Position numbers and translations under genes: made by a program. The notes beneath the pieces are model-generated. The model was not told the origin of the DNA, made no database searches, and was given only the letters and a program-made list of their open reading frames with translations. 46,648 bases of DNA from Parvularia atlantis (taxonomy: Eukaryota): positions 1 to 46,648 of the forward strand of contig CALSCO010001169.1 in the NCBI GenBank assembly GCA_943704415.1, given 5' to 3'. How positions within the stretch are numbered: the stretch's first letter is position 1; every line of letters begins with the position of its first letter. This document shows positions 25,179-35,193 of this stretch, in pieces.

Positions 25179-25770
25179 TGGCGCGCCACTCACTCGCCGG
25201 TCGTTCGCGCGCCGCGTCCGCAGTGTCGCAGGGCGCGGTCGACTACCCGGTGCGCGTCCGTGCTGCAGCAGCTGCTGCCCGGGATCGCGGCGCATCGGGG
25301 GGCTGACGTGCATCGGCGCAGTACAAGTGGATCAACGACAGCATCCACGGGCACATCCAGCTCGACAAGGCGCGCGCGGGGCGGCTGATCGGGCGCGGTC
25401 GACGTCGCTGGCTGAGATGCGCGTGCGCGATGTACAGGCGATCCTCGAATACGTCGACACGGAGCAGTTCCAGCGCCTGCGCGACCTTAAGCAGATGGGC
25501 AGCGCGTACCTCGTCTTCCCGGGCGCGTCGCACAACCGCTTCGAGCACTCGCTCGGTGCGCGCGCCGGGACGTGCGTGCTCGTGCTCAGAGCTTGACGAG
25601 AGGCGTGTGCGCGCGCACCAGGCACGTGCCACCTTGCAGGGACGATGATCTCGCGCTTCCAGCGCACGCAGCCCGAGCTCGGCATCAGCGACGTCGACGT
25701 GATGAACGTGAAGATCGCGGGGCTGTGCCACGACCTCGGTGCGTGCGCACGCGCGCGCGCTTACGCGCGC

Positions 25771-25804
<34 letters not shown>

Positions 25805-27549
25805 CTTGCACTCACGATCCATGCGCGTGTGCAGGCCACGGGCCGTTCAGCCACGTGTTTGATAACGAGTTTATCCGTCGCGCGCGGTGCGTCACTGCTG
25901 CGTTGCACGGCGCAGCTCACGCGCGCCGGACGCAGGCCCGGCAGCACGTGGACGCACGAGGAGGGCTCGCAGATGATGATCCAGCACCTCGTGGACGACA
26001 ACCAGATCGACGTCGAGTCGGACGACCTCGCGTTCATCAAGCGGCTGATCGACGGCGTGCCGCAGTCGGAGGCGTGCGTGGCGCAGCGTTCGCGTGGCGC
26101 AGCGTGCACCGACGTTGCACGTGCGCGCGTGCGTGGGGCTAGCGAGCGTGCGGAGCGCGGGTTCATGTACGAGATCGTGGCCAACAAGCGCAACTCGGTC
26201 GACGTGGACAAGTTCGACTACATCTCGCGCGACTGCCACAACGTCGGGCTCAAGACGTCGTACGACTTTGACCGGCTGATCAACCTGAACCGCGTGATTA
26301 ACAACGAGATCTGCTACCATTCAAAGGGTGCGCCGCGCGCTGCAAACCTCGTTTGCGCGCTGATCGTGAGCGCAGAGATCTTCAACATGTACGAGATGTT
26401 CCACACGCGCTACTCGCTCTTCAAGCGCATCTACACCCACCGCGTGGGTGCGTGGCGCCGGGGCACACTGTGGCACCGGTGCGCGCTCACGCCACTGCAC
26501 GCGTGGCAGGCAAGGCGATCGAGCTCATGATCACCGACGCGCTGGTCGCCGCCGACCCGTACCTGCACATCAGCGACATGGTGCACGACCCGGAGCAGTA
26601 CCTGCACCTGACCGACTCGATCCTGCACGACATCGCCGTGTCCAAGGCGCCCGAGCTCGAGCGCGCGCGCAGCATCATCAAGGACCTGCGGCGGCGGCAT
26701 CTGTACAAGTTTGTCGACGACGTGCTGCTGTCGCGCGAGGCGCAAGCGCAGGGCAACCTGACCAAGGCACGCGCACGAACGCGGCTGCTGCACACCACCG
26801 GCTGATAAGGCGCGATACGGCGCGGGTGCGGCAGGCGACGGTCACGCCCAAGTGCATCCTCGAGTACAAGCCGCCCGACAGCGACCTGAGCGAGGACGAC
26901 CTCATCGTCGACTTCCTGCGCATCAACTACGCGATGAAGGACAACAACCCGGTTGACCGGGTCAAGTTCTACTCGCGCTACAACGACTACGGTGCGCGGC
27001 ACGGCACCGCGTTGTGCAGCGTCTGACGTAGGCGCGTGTGTGCGTGTGTGCAGAGGCGTTCACGATCGACCGACACAAGGTCAGCTTCGTCATCCCCGAG
27101 ACGTTCGAGGAGACGATCGTGCGGGTGTTTGCGCGCAATCCGGACAAGGTCGCGCCCTCGTAGCGCGCTCTTTCGCCCGCATTGCCCTCACCGCCGCGGC
27201 AGATGGCGCTCATCCAGGCCACGTTCCGCAACTGGGTGCGGCAGGTGCTCGGCGGGCTGATGCAGCACGTGCGTGGCGCGCATGGGCCGCGGTGCAGCTG
27301 ACCGGCGACACGCGCGCGCCGCAGGGCATCACGCCGAACCCCGTGCACAACATCCCACCCAACTTTCAGTCGCCACGCAAGCGACGCGATCTCAGCGCGG
27401 GTGCGTCGCCCTTGGCGTCGCACAGCGTAAGCGCGGGCGACCTCATGGCGGCGGCGGTGGCGGCGGGCGAGATGGAGGACGGGCGCGCGTACGCGAGCGC
27501 GACGGCAGACCTGTTTGACGCGAGCAAGCGCGTGCGGCTGCAGTTTTGA
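25178..27549 (+). CDS. SAMHD1: SAMHD1-like HD-domain dNTP triphosphohydrolase without SAM domain (about 12 introns)
   Basis: [117 protein letters not shown]. Confidence 0.95.
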
Positions 27550-27707
27550 GGCGGGGACCTATTTTCGCTAGTTCTCTTTCCGCTGCTGCTGCATGTAGAC
27601 GGCAAAGCATGGTGCAAGATGCCAAGAACAGCCAGTGGGATCGTACAGGGCGGGAGGAGGGGACGGCGGCCGGCCAAAGCGGCACACACGCGGCGCGCTT
27701 TGCGGCC

Positions 27708-29659
27708 TCAGAAAAACGCGTGATCGTCGCCACCCGTGACGGCCGTCGCGAGCTCGTCCAGCTCGTCCAGCGACCGCTGCAGGCTCGCGTCGGACGAGGC
27801 CATGAGCACCGAGGCGGTCTGGCGGGCGCGGCGCATCGGGTCAGACGATGAGCGAGAGACGCGCTCGAGGCCGTGCCTTGGACGACCGCTGCTGCTTGCT
27901 GCTTGCCACGCCGTTGGTCTTCGCTGCTGTGCCGTTGTAGCCCATGTCGACGTCGAACGTGGCGGCGCGCACGGCAACGCTGGTCGGGCGCGGGGGCTGC
28001 GGCGCGTGTGCGGGGGCGTCAGCGTGCGAGCTGCACCTAACGCAGTGGCGGAACCTTGGCCGGCTTCGGCACGGGCGACGGCAGGCTCTGCGGCGCCGAG
28101 TTGCTGCCGAGCTGTGCGCGGCAGTGTGAGCACAGCATCGCGCTCGGCCGCGACGGGCGCACGATCGGCGTGCTCGTCTCGAGCGACTGCTCCAGCTGGT
28201 CCCAGTCGCTGCTGCCGTCGTCCTCCAAGATGCGCTTGGGCATGCTGATGGCCGGCACTACTTTGACAGTGTGCGTCAGGGCTACAGTGCGCGGCGGACA
28301 GCGCGCACCCGATGTGGCGCGTCCACCCATCTTGACCTTGTCGGCGAAGTAGTAGTCGACCTCGACCATGAACGTCTTGAAGAGGATCGGCGGCATGTCA
28401 AGGCAGGGTGAAAAGATGACGCCGAGGTTGCTGAGGGTCATCTTGTTCACGTCCGACAGGGCCACAACTGCGCCGCATGTCGGAGTTAGCGCGCTCGTTT
28501 GGCGCACACACCGAGGGGCGCACCGCGCGACAAATGCCGCATCAGCCATGCCAGCAGCGTGTAGTTGCACGACGGCAGCTGGTTGACGAGCTTTTTCAGC
28601 CTGGCGTTGCGCTCGCTCTCGTCGCCCATGGCTGCGATGTGAGCCGTGAGCACGAGCGTAGCTTCCGCGCACTGCAGCGCACAGCTAGCCGCCTGGAACT
28701 CGTTGCTCAGGTCCCGCGTGAGCACGGGCTCGGGCAGCTCGCGCAGGTACAGCTTGAGCAGACCGGCGACGCTGCGGACGGGCGCGGCGGTCAGGCTGCG
28801 TCGGCGACCAGGCCACCGGCCGCCCCACGCGCACCCGTGCGGGTCGATGAGGTCGTCCATTAGGCTGACCTTCTGGCCCGTGTTGTACAGGTGCTTGACG
28901 TTGTTGACGCGCGACGTGCTGCCCGGGATGCGGTAGATGCCCTCCTCGCGCAGGCCTAAGTCAGCGCGTGAGCGCACGTTCTACAAGCCGCGGCACGCCG
29001 ACGCGCACCGCGCTCGTCCAGGAACGTGATGCACTGCTCCACGATCGCCGGCAGCTCCACGCTCTTGGACAGGCGCGAGACGTTGACGGCCTCCTGCAGC
29101 GGCAGGCCAAACACCTGCGTCCGTCGCGCTGCAATGAGCCATCGGAGCGCAGCGGGCCGCAGCGCAGCAGCACCTGCGCGGCCTTGGCTGAGTCGATGGA
29201 CGGGGAGCTGAGCGGCGACGAGCCGTTGCCTGCGCGCGTCACGTGTGTGTGAGCGATGTGGCGCCGCGGGGGGGCAGCGCGCCGGCGCCACGCACTCGAC
29301 GTGCGCGAGTCGGTGCGGCGGAGCATCGCGCTAAAGTCGGGCTTCTTCATGCTTTTGGCCTTGTCGATCATCTCGCTGCTCTTCTCGGCCATCTTGGAGC
29401 CGAGCTGTGAGCTCTTCTCGGCGAAGCGCGCGCCGGCCTTGGCGCTGGCCTTGTTTTTGGTGGGCGGGCGTGAGCCGTGCAGGAGGACAGCGCGTGCCTC
29501 GTCCCGGCGCACCTTCTTGGCGCTCGCCGCGAACCGCGAAAAGCGCTCGCGCAGCGTCGTGCCGCTGCCACCGCCCGCTGCCGCTGCCGCGCCCTCGCCG
29601 TCGTCGCCGTCGTCCGCGCCGACGTAGGGCGACGTCGGCGCGTCGTCGTCGTCCTCCAT
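27708..29659 (-). CDS. RhoGAP-domain protein (RalBP1/Bem3-like GAP domain; multi-exon)
   Basis: VFGLPLQEAV, LPAIVEQCITFL, GLREEGIYRIPGS (arginine finger), VAGLLKLYLRELPEP, NKMTLSNLGVIFSP. Confidence 0.9.
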
Positions 29660-29733
29660 ACGCGCACGCTTGTCGATCTGTGCCGCGTTTGGCGCGCCGA
29701 TCGGTTGCTGTGCGGCTCTTCGTTGCTACGTGC

Positions 29734-29759
29734 TTTTTTTTTTTTTTTTTTTTTTTTTT
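29734..29759. repeat. Poly-T tract (26 nt) in the divergent RhoGAP/amidohydrolase promoter
   Basis: Read directly; flanked by further short T runs. Confidence 0.9.
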
Positions 29760-29842
29760 CACTGAAGCTTTTTTTTCAGTTTTTCAGTCTGCGTCACGCT
29801 CATTCGACTTGAGTTTTTCTTGCGTCCAGGTCGACCAGCACG

Positions 29843-31541
29843 ATGAGCAGCACCAGCAGCACGCTCGACGCCGCGATCGCGGCCGTGCTGCCAGACATGG
29901 TCCGTGAGCACGCACCGATCGCACGCACGCACGGCGCTGACTTGGACGCCTCGCGCGCAGGTCGCCCTCCGCCACGACATCCACCAGCACCCGGAGCCGG
30001 GCTTCGAGGAGCGCCGCACGCACGGCGTGATCAAGGCCGAGCTCGAGCGGTGGCCCGCCTGCGTCGCCGCGTCGCCCCGATGCTGACCGTGGTCGTGCAC
30101 GCCGCAGCCTCGGCCTGCGCAAGATCCAGGTGCTCGCGGGCACGGGCATCGTCGCCGACATCGAGGGCACGGGCGCGGCGGGCGCGGCAAGCGAGGGCGC
30201 GGTCGCGTGCATCGCGCTGCGCGCCGACATGGGTGCGACGTACTGCACGCATCGTGTCACCAGCACACTCAGGCTGGACGCGGGCGCACACAGACGCCCT
30301 GCGCATGACCGAGGACCCCAACGAGCTGCCGTACCGCTCGCAGAACGCCGGCGCCGCGCACATGTGCGGCCACGACGGCCACATGGCCTCGCTCGTCGGC
30401 GCCGCGCGGCTGCTCGTGCAGGCGCAGGACCGGATCCCGCAGGGCAAGCGCGTGCGCCTGCTCTTCCAGCCGGCGGAGGAGGGCCCCGGCGGCGCGCTGC
30501 CGCTGATCGAGGGCGGCGCGCTCGAGGGCGTGGACGAGGTCTACGGCTACCACAACTGGCCGGTCGTGCCGCTCGGCGTGGTCTCGGTCGTCGCCGGCCC
30601 GCTCATGGCGCACGTCGCCGACTTTGACATCGACGTCGTTGGCCGCGGCGGCCACGCCTCGACGCCGCACCTGTGCGTCGACCCGGTCATCGCCGCCGCG
30701 CACGTCATCACCGCGCTGCAGACCGTCGTCTCGCGCTCGATCAGCTCGGCCGTGCGTCGCCATCCGCACGCGGAGCCGCAGGCTTGCTGACGGCGCCGTG
30801 CGCAGACCAACGCCGTCGTCACCGTCGCGGCCGTGCACGCCGGCACGACGCACAACGTGATCCCGGACAAGGTTGCGCTGCGGGTGCGTGTCTGCCGGCT
30901 CCGTGAGCGACAGTGGTGGACTGACGCGCACACCGGCCGCAGGGCACGATCCGCGACGTCAACGCGGGCGTGTACGAGACGATTGTGCAGCGCGTGAAGC
31001 AGATCGTCACGGCGACGGCCGAGGCGCACGGCTGCACGGCGCAGGTGCGTGCGCGGGCGCGGCGGCAGCGTGCCCTTGACAGTCGCGCCGCGCCACAGAT
31101 CACCATCAAGTCGACGTACCCGGTGCTCGTCAACCACGCGAAGGAGACCGAGCACGTCGTGCGGGTGCGTGTGCCGCTCCATACATGCCTCCGCTCAGCC
31201 ACGCACGCGCGCGTGCCCGTCCAGGTCGCCAAGGCCGCGCTCGGCAATGACGCCGTCAGCAGCGCCGACCTGCCAAAGATGGGCGCGGAGGACTTTGCCT
31301 ACTACCGTGCGTCGTCGCCCTCAACACACTTGGCACTTGGCTGCTGCTGACTCGCTGCTGCGCACCGGCAGTGCAGCACCGCCCGGGCTGCTTCTACTTC
31401 CTCGGCGGCGGCGAGCCCGGCCGCCTCAACGCGATCTGCCACAGCACCAAGTTCGACTTCAACGACGGCATCCTCCCGATCTCGCTCAAGATGTACGTGC
31501 GCCTGGTCGAGGACCGTCTGGGCGTGCGCCTGTTTGCGTGA
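29843..31541 (+). CDS. M20 family amidohydrolase (hippurate/IAA-amino acid hydrolase-like; multi-exon)
   Basis: LRHDIHQHPEPGFEE, IALRADMDAL, HMCGHDGH, LLFQPAEEG, YGYHNWP, GRGGHAS.PH..VDP, NVIPD, MGAEDFAYY, CHSTKFDFND. Confidence 0.93.
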
Positions 31542-31631
31542 GCGCCCCCCTTGCCCGGTGACTGCGTGTCGTGCTGGCGCGTGCTTCTTTGTCAGGATCG
31601 CGTCGTGCAACGGGACAAGGGAGACACGCGT

Positions 31632-33353
31632 TCAGATGTGCGAGGCGCTGGCCGAGTGGCCGACGACGTTGCGCAGGTCGAGCTCTGAGCCGAGGACGAT
31701 GTGGTGCAGCTTGACCATGCGCGGGTGCACGGGAAGGAGCGGCGGCAGCGGCGGCAGGGCCGGCACGGGCGGCAGCGGCGGCAGGCTCATGTCGGCGGGC
31801 GGCATGGGCGGCATGGGCGGGAGCTCGCCGACGGACGCGGTCGCGCGGGCGGGCACAGGCGCGGCAGCAGCGGGAGCGACGGGCTCAGCGGGCTCGGCGG
31901 GCTGAGCAACGGCGCGACCGGCAGCGCTGCGCGGCGGCGGCGGCACGGCAGCGGGCGCCGAGGCGCGACCGGCGGCGATGCTAGCGGCCATCACGGCCGA
32001 GGGCTTCTCGGCGCGCTTGGCCTCGTTGACGAGCGGCTTGAGCGGGAGCTCGATCTCGCGCAGCTCGTTGAGGCGGATCGAGACGAGCGACTTTTGCATG
32101 AGGCGCTGGACGGGGTCGTCGCCGTTCTGGCGCTCGAAGACGGGCGTGTGGACGGCCTGACGGAGGACGACGATGTGCTCGCGGGCCATGGCAAGCTCGG
32201 TGCGCTGGCGCTCGAGCGTGCGGATGTCGCCCTGGAGCGTGCCGAGCGTGTCCTGCTTGACGCGCTCGCGGCGGGCCTCAAGCAGACGGATCTTGTCGCG
32301 CAGCTGCTCGATGACTGTGTTGAAGCGCTGGTCGATCTGCGACGAGATGCCGACCTGGCGGCGCGTGAGGTCGCCCAGGAGGTCGTCCACGTCAAACAGG
32401 GCCTTGTTGATGGTCGTGAGGCGGTCGCTGATCGCGTGGTAGCGCTCATCGATCGACGCACGCGCCTTGGAGATGGCTACCTCGACCGTCGTGACGGCGT
32501 GCTGGTAGTGGAACCCGCCGTCGGCGTGGCAGTCGGGGCAGATGAGCACGTTGCAGTCGTCGCAGAAGCCCGTCACGCCCGCGGGGCTGTGCACGGAGCA
32601 GGTGTGCTGCGGGTGCAGCGCAAACTCTGTCAGCGCGTGGTCCTTGGTCTTCTTGGTCAGGCGGTGGTCCTCGGCGTGCTTGGCGCAGAGGAACTGGGCG
32701 CACTGGACGCACTCGTAGCGCGACGGCGGCCCGTCGACGCAGGCCGCGCACGGCGGTGTGCGCCGGTGCGGCAGCAGCACCGCGTCCTCGGTGAACCACT
32801 GCCGGCAGACGGCGCCGGGCTCGAGCTTGTGCTTGCAGCGCTTCTCGAGTGTCGGGTCGAGCGCGCACGAGACGCAGATGCGGTGCAGGCACGGCAGGAC
32901 CGCGGCGGGGCGCTCGCCCTCGGGGTCGGTGAACTCTTTGTCGCACGAGGGGCACCACGCGTGCGGGTCCTCGTGCGTCGCCCGCCCGGGCTCGCCGGCC
33001 GCCGTGCCGGTCTTGGTGCCGCGGCGCAGCTGCAGCACGCCCGCGAAGCTCTGCGGGCGCGGCCGGTTGAACGGCACCGTCGCCGTGTCGTTGTCGTCTT
33101 CACGCGGCACGTTGCTCGCGTTGCCCGCGACGGTCTGCGAGGCGCGCAGCTGCTGCAGCTGCTGGTCGGCCGTTGTGGTGCGCATCGGCGGCGGCGAGGA
33201 GGGGCCGAGCAGCGTCGGGTCGAGCACGAAGGGCACGACGTCGCTGTTGAGCGGGATCAGCCCCGGCAGTGGCTTGTTGGCGAGCACGCCCGCGCGCTCG
33301 GTCGGCCGGCGGCGCAGCACCGAGCCCGCGCGCTTCCGGAACGAGGCGAACAT
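31632..33353 (-). CDS. TRIM/RBCC-like protein: RING, B-box1, B-box2, coiled coil, Pro-rich tail; single exon, 573 aa
   Basis: CPSC...LPCLHRICVSC (RING), CAAC...CVQCAQFLCAKHAEDH...DH (B-box1), CSVH...FCDDCNVLICPDC...H..H (B-box2), then a heptad-rich helix. Uninterrupted ORF. Confidence 0.88.
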   Translation of the reverse strand: MFASFRKRAGSVLRRRPTERAGVLANKPLPGLIPLNSDVVPFVLDPTLLGPSSPPPMRTTTADQQLQQLRASQTVAGNASNVPREDDNDTATVPFNRPRPQSFAGVLQLRRGTKTGTAAGEPGRATHEDPHAWCPSCDKEFTDPEGERPAAVLPCLHRICVSCALDPTLEKRCKHKLEPGAVCRQWFTEDAVLLPHRRTPPCAACVDGPPSRYECVQCAQFLCAKHAEDHRLTKKTKDHALTEFALHPQHTCSVHSPAGVTGFCDDCNVLICPDCHADGGFHYQHAVTTVEVAISKARASIDERYHAISDRLTTINKALFDVDDLLGDLTRRQVGISSQIDQRFNTVIEQLRDKIRLLEARRERVKQDTLGTLQGDIRTLERQRTELAMAREHIVVLRQAVHTPVFERQNGDDPVQRLMQKSLVSIRLNELREIELPLKPLVNEAKRAEKPSAVMAASIAAGRASAPAAVPPPPRSAAGRAVAQPAEPAEPVAPAAAAPVPARATASVGELPPMPPMPPADMSLPPLPPVPALPPLPPLLPVHPRMVKLHHIVLGSELDLRNVVGHSASASHI

Positions 33354-33533
33354 CCCCCAGGCGGCGCTATATCCTACGGGAGAAAAATGCGCCGCTGACC
33401 AATCGCGTGCTAGGCGCAGTTGTCCTTCAGCGGTGTAGGGGCACTGATCGTTAGCTGTAGAAGCGGCGCTGTCCTTGCCGGTGGTCCCTGACCTCCTCTG
33501 CCGTGTCCTTGCAGTCGAGCTAGCTTGACGCGG

Positions 33534-34651
33534 ATGCGCGGCGCACTTTTCCCGTCGACGAGCAGCATGATCGGCGTGAGGTGGATGTCAACGGCAGTGA
33601 ATGCGGCGGCGGCGGCGGCGGCGGCGGCGGCAGCGGTCCGCGACGGCCTGCGCGTGCTGCGCGAGACGATCGCGCGCGTCGAGGCCAGCCGCGACTGGGC
33701 ACGCGAGGCGCGACGTGTGGCCGAGCTGGACCAGCAGCTGGCGGTGCGACGGCGGCGTTGCGGGTCGAGCCGGCCAACTGACGCGGACGCGGGGCGACAG
33801 GCGCCCGACCTGTGGGCTGATGCGGCGCGCGCGGCGGCGCTGCAGAAGGAGCGGGCGCGGACGGCGCGCGTGCTGGAGCAGCAGCGCGACCTGGCAACGC
33901 GCCGTGCCGCGCTGGAGGAGCTCGCGCGTGCGTGGCTCGCCGCGACGCGCTGTGCGCCTCACGACGGACCGGACGCAGACGACTGCCGCAACGACACGGA
34001 CGCGGACGTGCACGCGCAGCTGCTGGACGAGGCGCGCGGGCTGCAGGCGCACGCGGACCGGCTGCGGCTGCTGCTGCTGCTGTGCGGCCGCGGCTGGCGG
34101 ACGTGAGCGACGCTGACGGGCAGAGGACAGGAGCGACCCAGACGACGCGCTCGGCTGCTTCGTCGAGGTCAACCACGGCGCGGGCGGCGTCGACAGCATG
34201 GACTGGGCCGCGATGCTCGGGCGCATGTACCTGCGCTGGGCGACGGTCTGGAAGGGCCACAAGGGTGCGCGCGCGCGCTTCCTGTGCGCCATCGTCGGCC
34301 TCACGCCGCCCCGCACAGCGACGATCGTCGACGAGACGCCCGGCGAGGAGGCCGGGGTCAAGGGCGTGACGGTGCTGGTCGAGGGCGAGCACGCGTTTGG
34401 GTGGCTCAAGGGCGAGACAGGCGTGCACCGGCTGATCCGCGTGTCGCCGTTCGACGCCAACGTGCGCCTCGCGCTCGCCTGCGACGACCACGGCGCTGAT
34501 CGCGACCGACACGGGGCCGCAGCACCGCCGGCACACGTCGTTCGCGTCCGTCAACGTGATCGCGGCGACCGGCGACGACGCGGGCGACGGCCCCGAGATC
34601 AACAAGGCCGACCTGCGCGTCGACGTCTTCCGCGCGTCCGGCGCGGGCGGG

Positions 34652-34693
<42 letters not shown>

Positions 34694-35173
34694 GTGCCCA
34701 CGGGCGTCGTCGCGCAGGTGTGTGCTGCCTGACGTGCGCATGCCCATGACGACCGCGACCGCGACAACGCAGAGCCAGTCGGAGCGCAGCCAGCACCGCA
34801 ACCGCGCGCACGCGCTCAGCCTGCTGCGTGCCAAGCTGATGGCCGTGCAGCGCCGGCGGCGGTGCGCGCGGGCCCATCAGGATCGTGCGCCTGACCCGGC
34901 CCGTCGCGTCGCAGGCTGGACGAGCAGGCCGCGCTCAAGGCGGCGCGCCCGGCCAACGCGTGGGGCTCGCAGGTGCGCACGTACACGCTCGACCCGTACC
35001 AGCTCGTCAAGGACCACCGCACGGGCGTGGAACATCCGGACGCGCGCGCCGTCCTCGACGGCGACCTGGAGCGGTGCGCTGGCCACCGTCGCACTCTGCT
35101 CTCGACTGATCGGCCCGTGCGCCGCAGCTTCCTGGCAGCCTCCGTCTCCGCGGCCGCAGCAGCAAACTCATGA
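33534..35173 (+). CDS. prfB: Organellar (probably mitochondrial) peptide chain release factor 2 (multi-exon)
   Basis: [31 protein letters not shown] (RF2-specific SPF tripeptide), [66 protein letters not shown]-terminus [20 protein letters not shown] resembles a presequence. Confidence 0.93.
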
Positions 35174-35193
35174 GTACGTGTACAGCTGTGCAC

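Noticed and set aside
25153..25223. Alternative SAMHD1 start at 25153 through an extra GC intron
   Set aside because: The ATG at 25178 is already in frame with the next exon and needs no additional intron.
25370..25437. Introner-type transposon introns, suggested by AGGC(G) repeated at both junctions of several GC introns
   Set aside because: The repeats match the ordinary AG|G splice context; by eye the introns share no sequence family or terminal inverted repeats.
31701..33398. 565-aa plus-strand ORF opposite the TRIM-like gene
   Set aside because: Antisense shadow of a GC-rich coding sequence; no recognisable motifs.
33603..33634. (GCG)n run in the RF2 gene
   Set aside because: Ordinary poly-Ala microsatellite next to the presumed targeting peptide.
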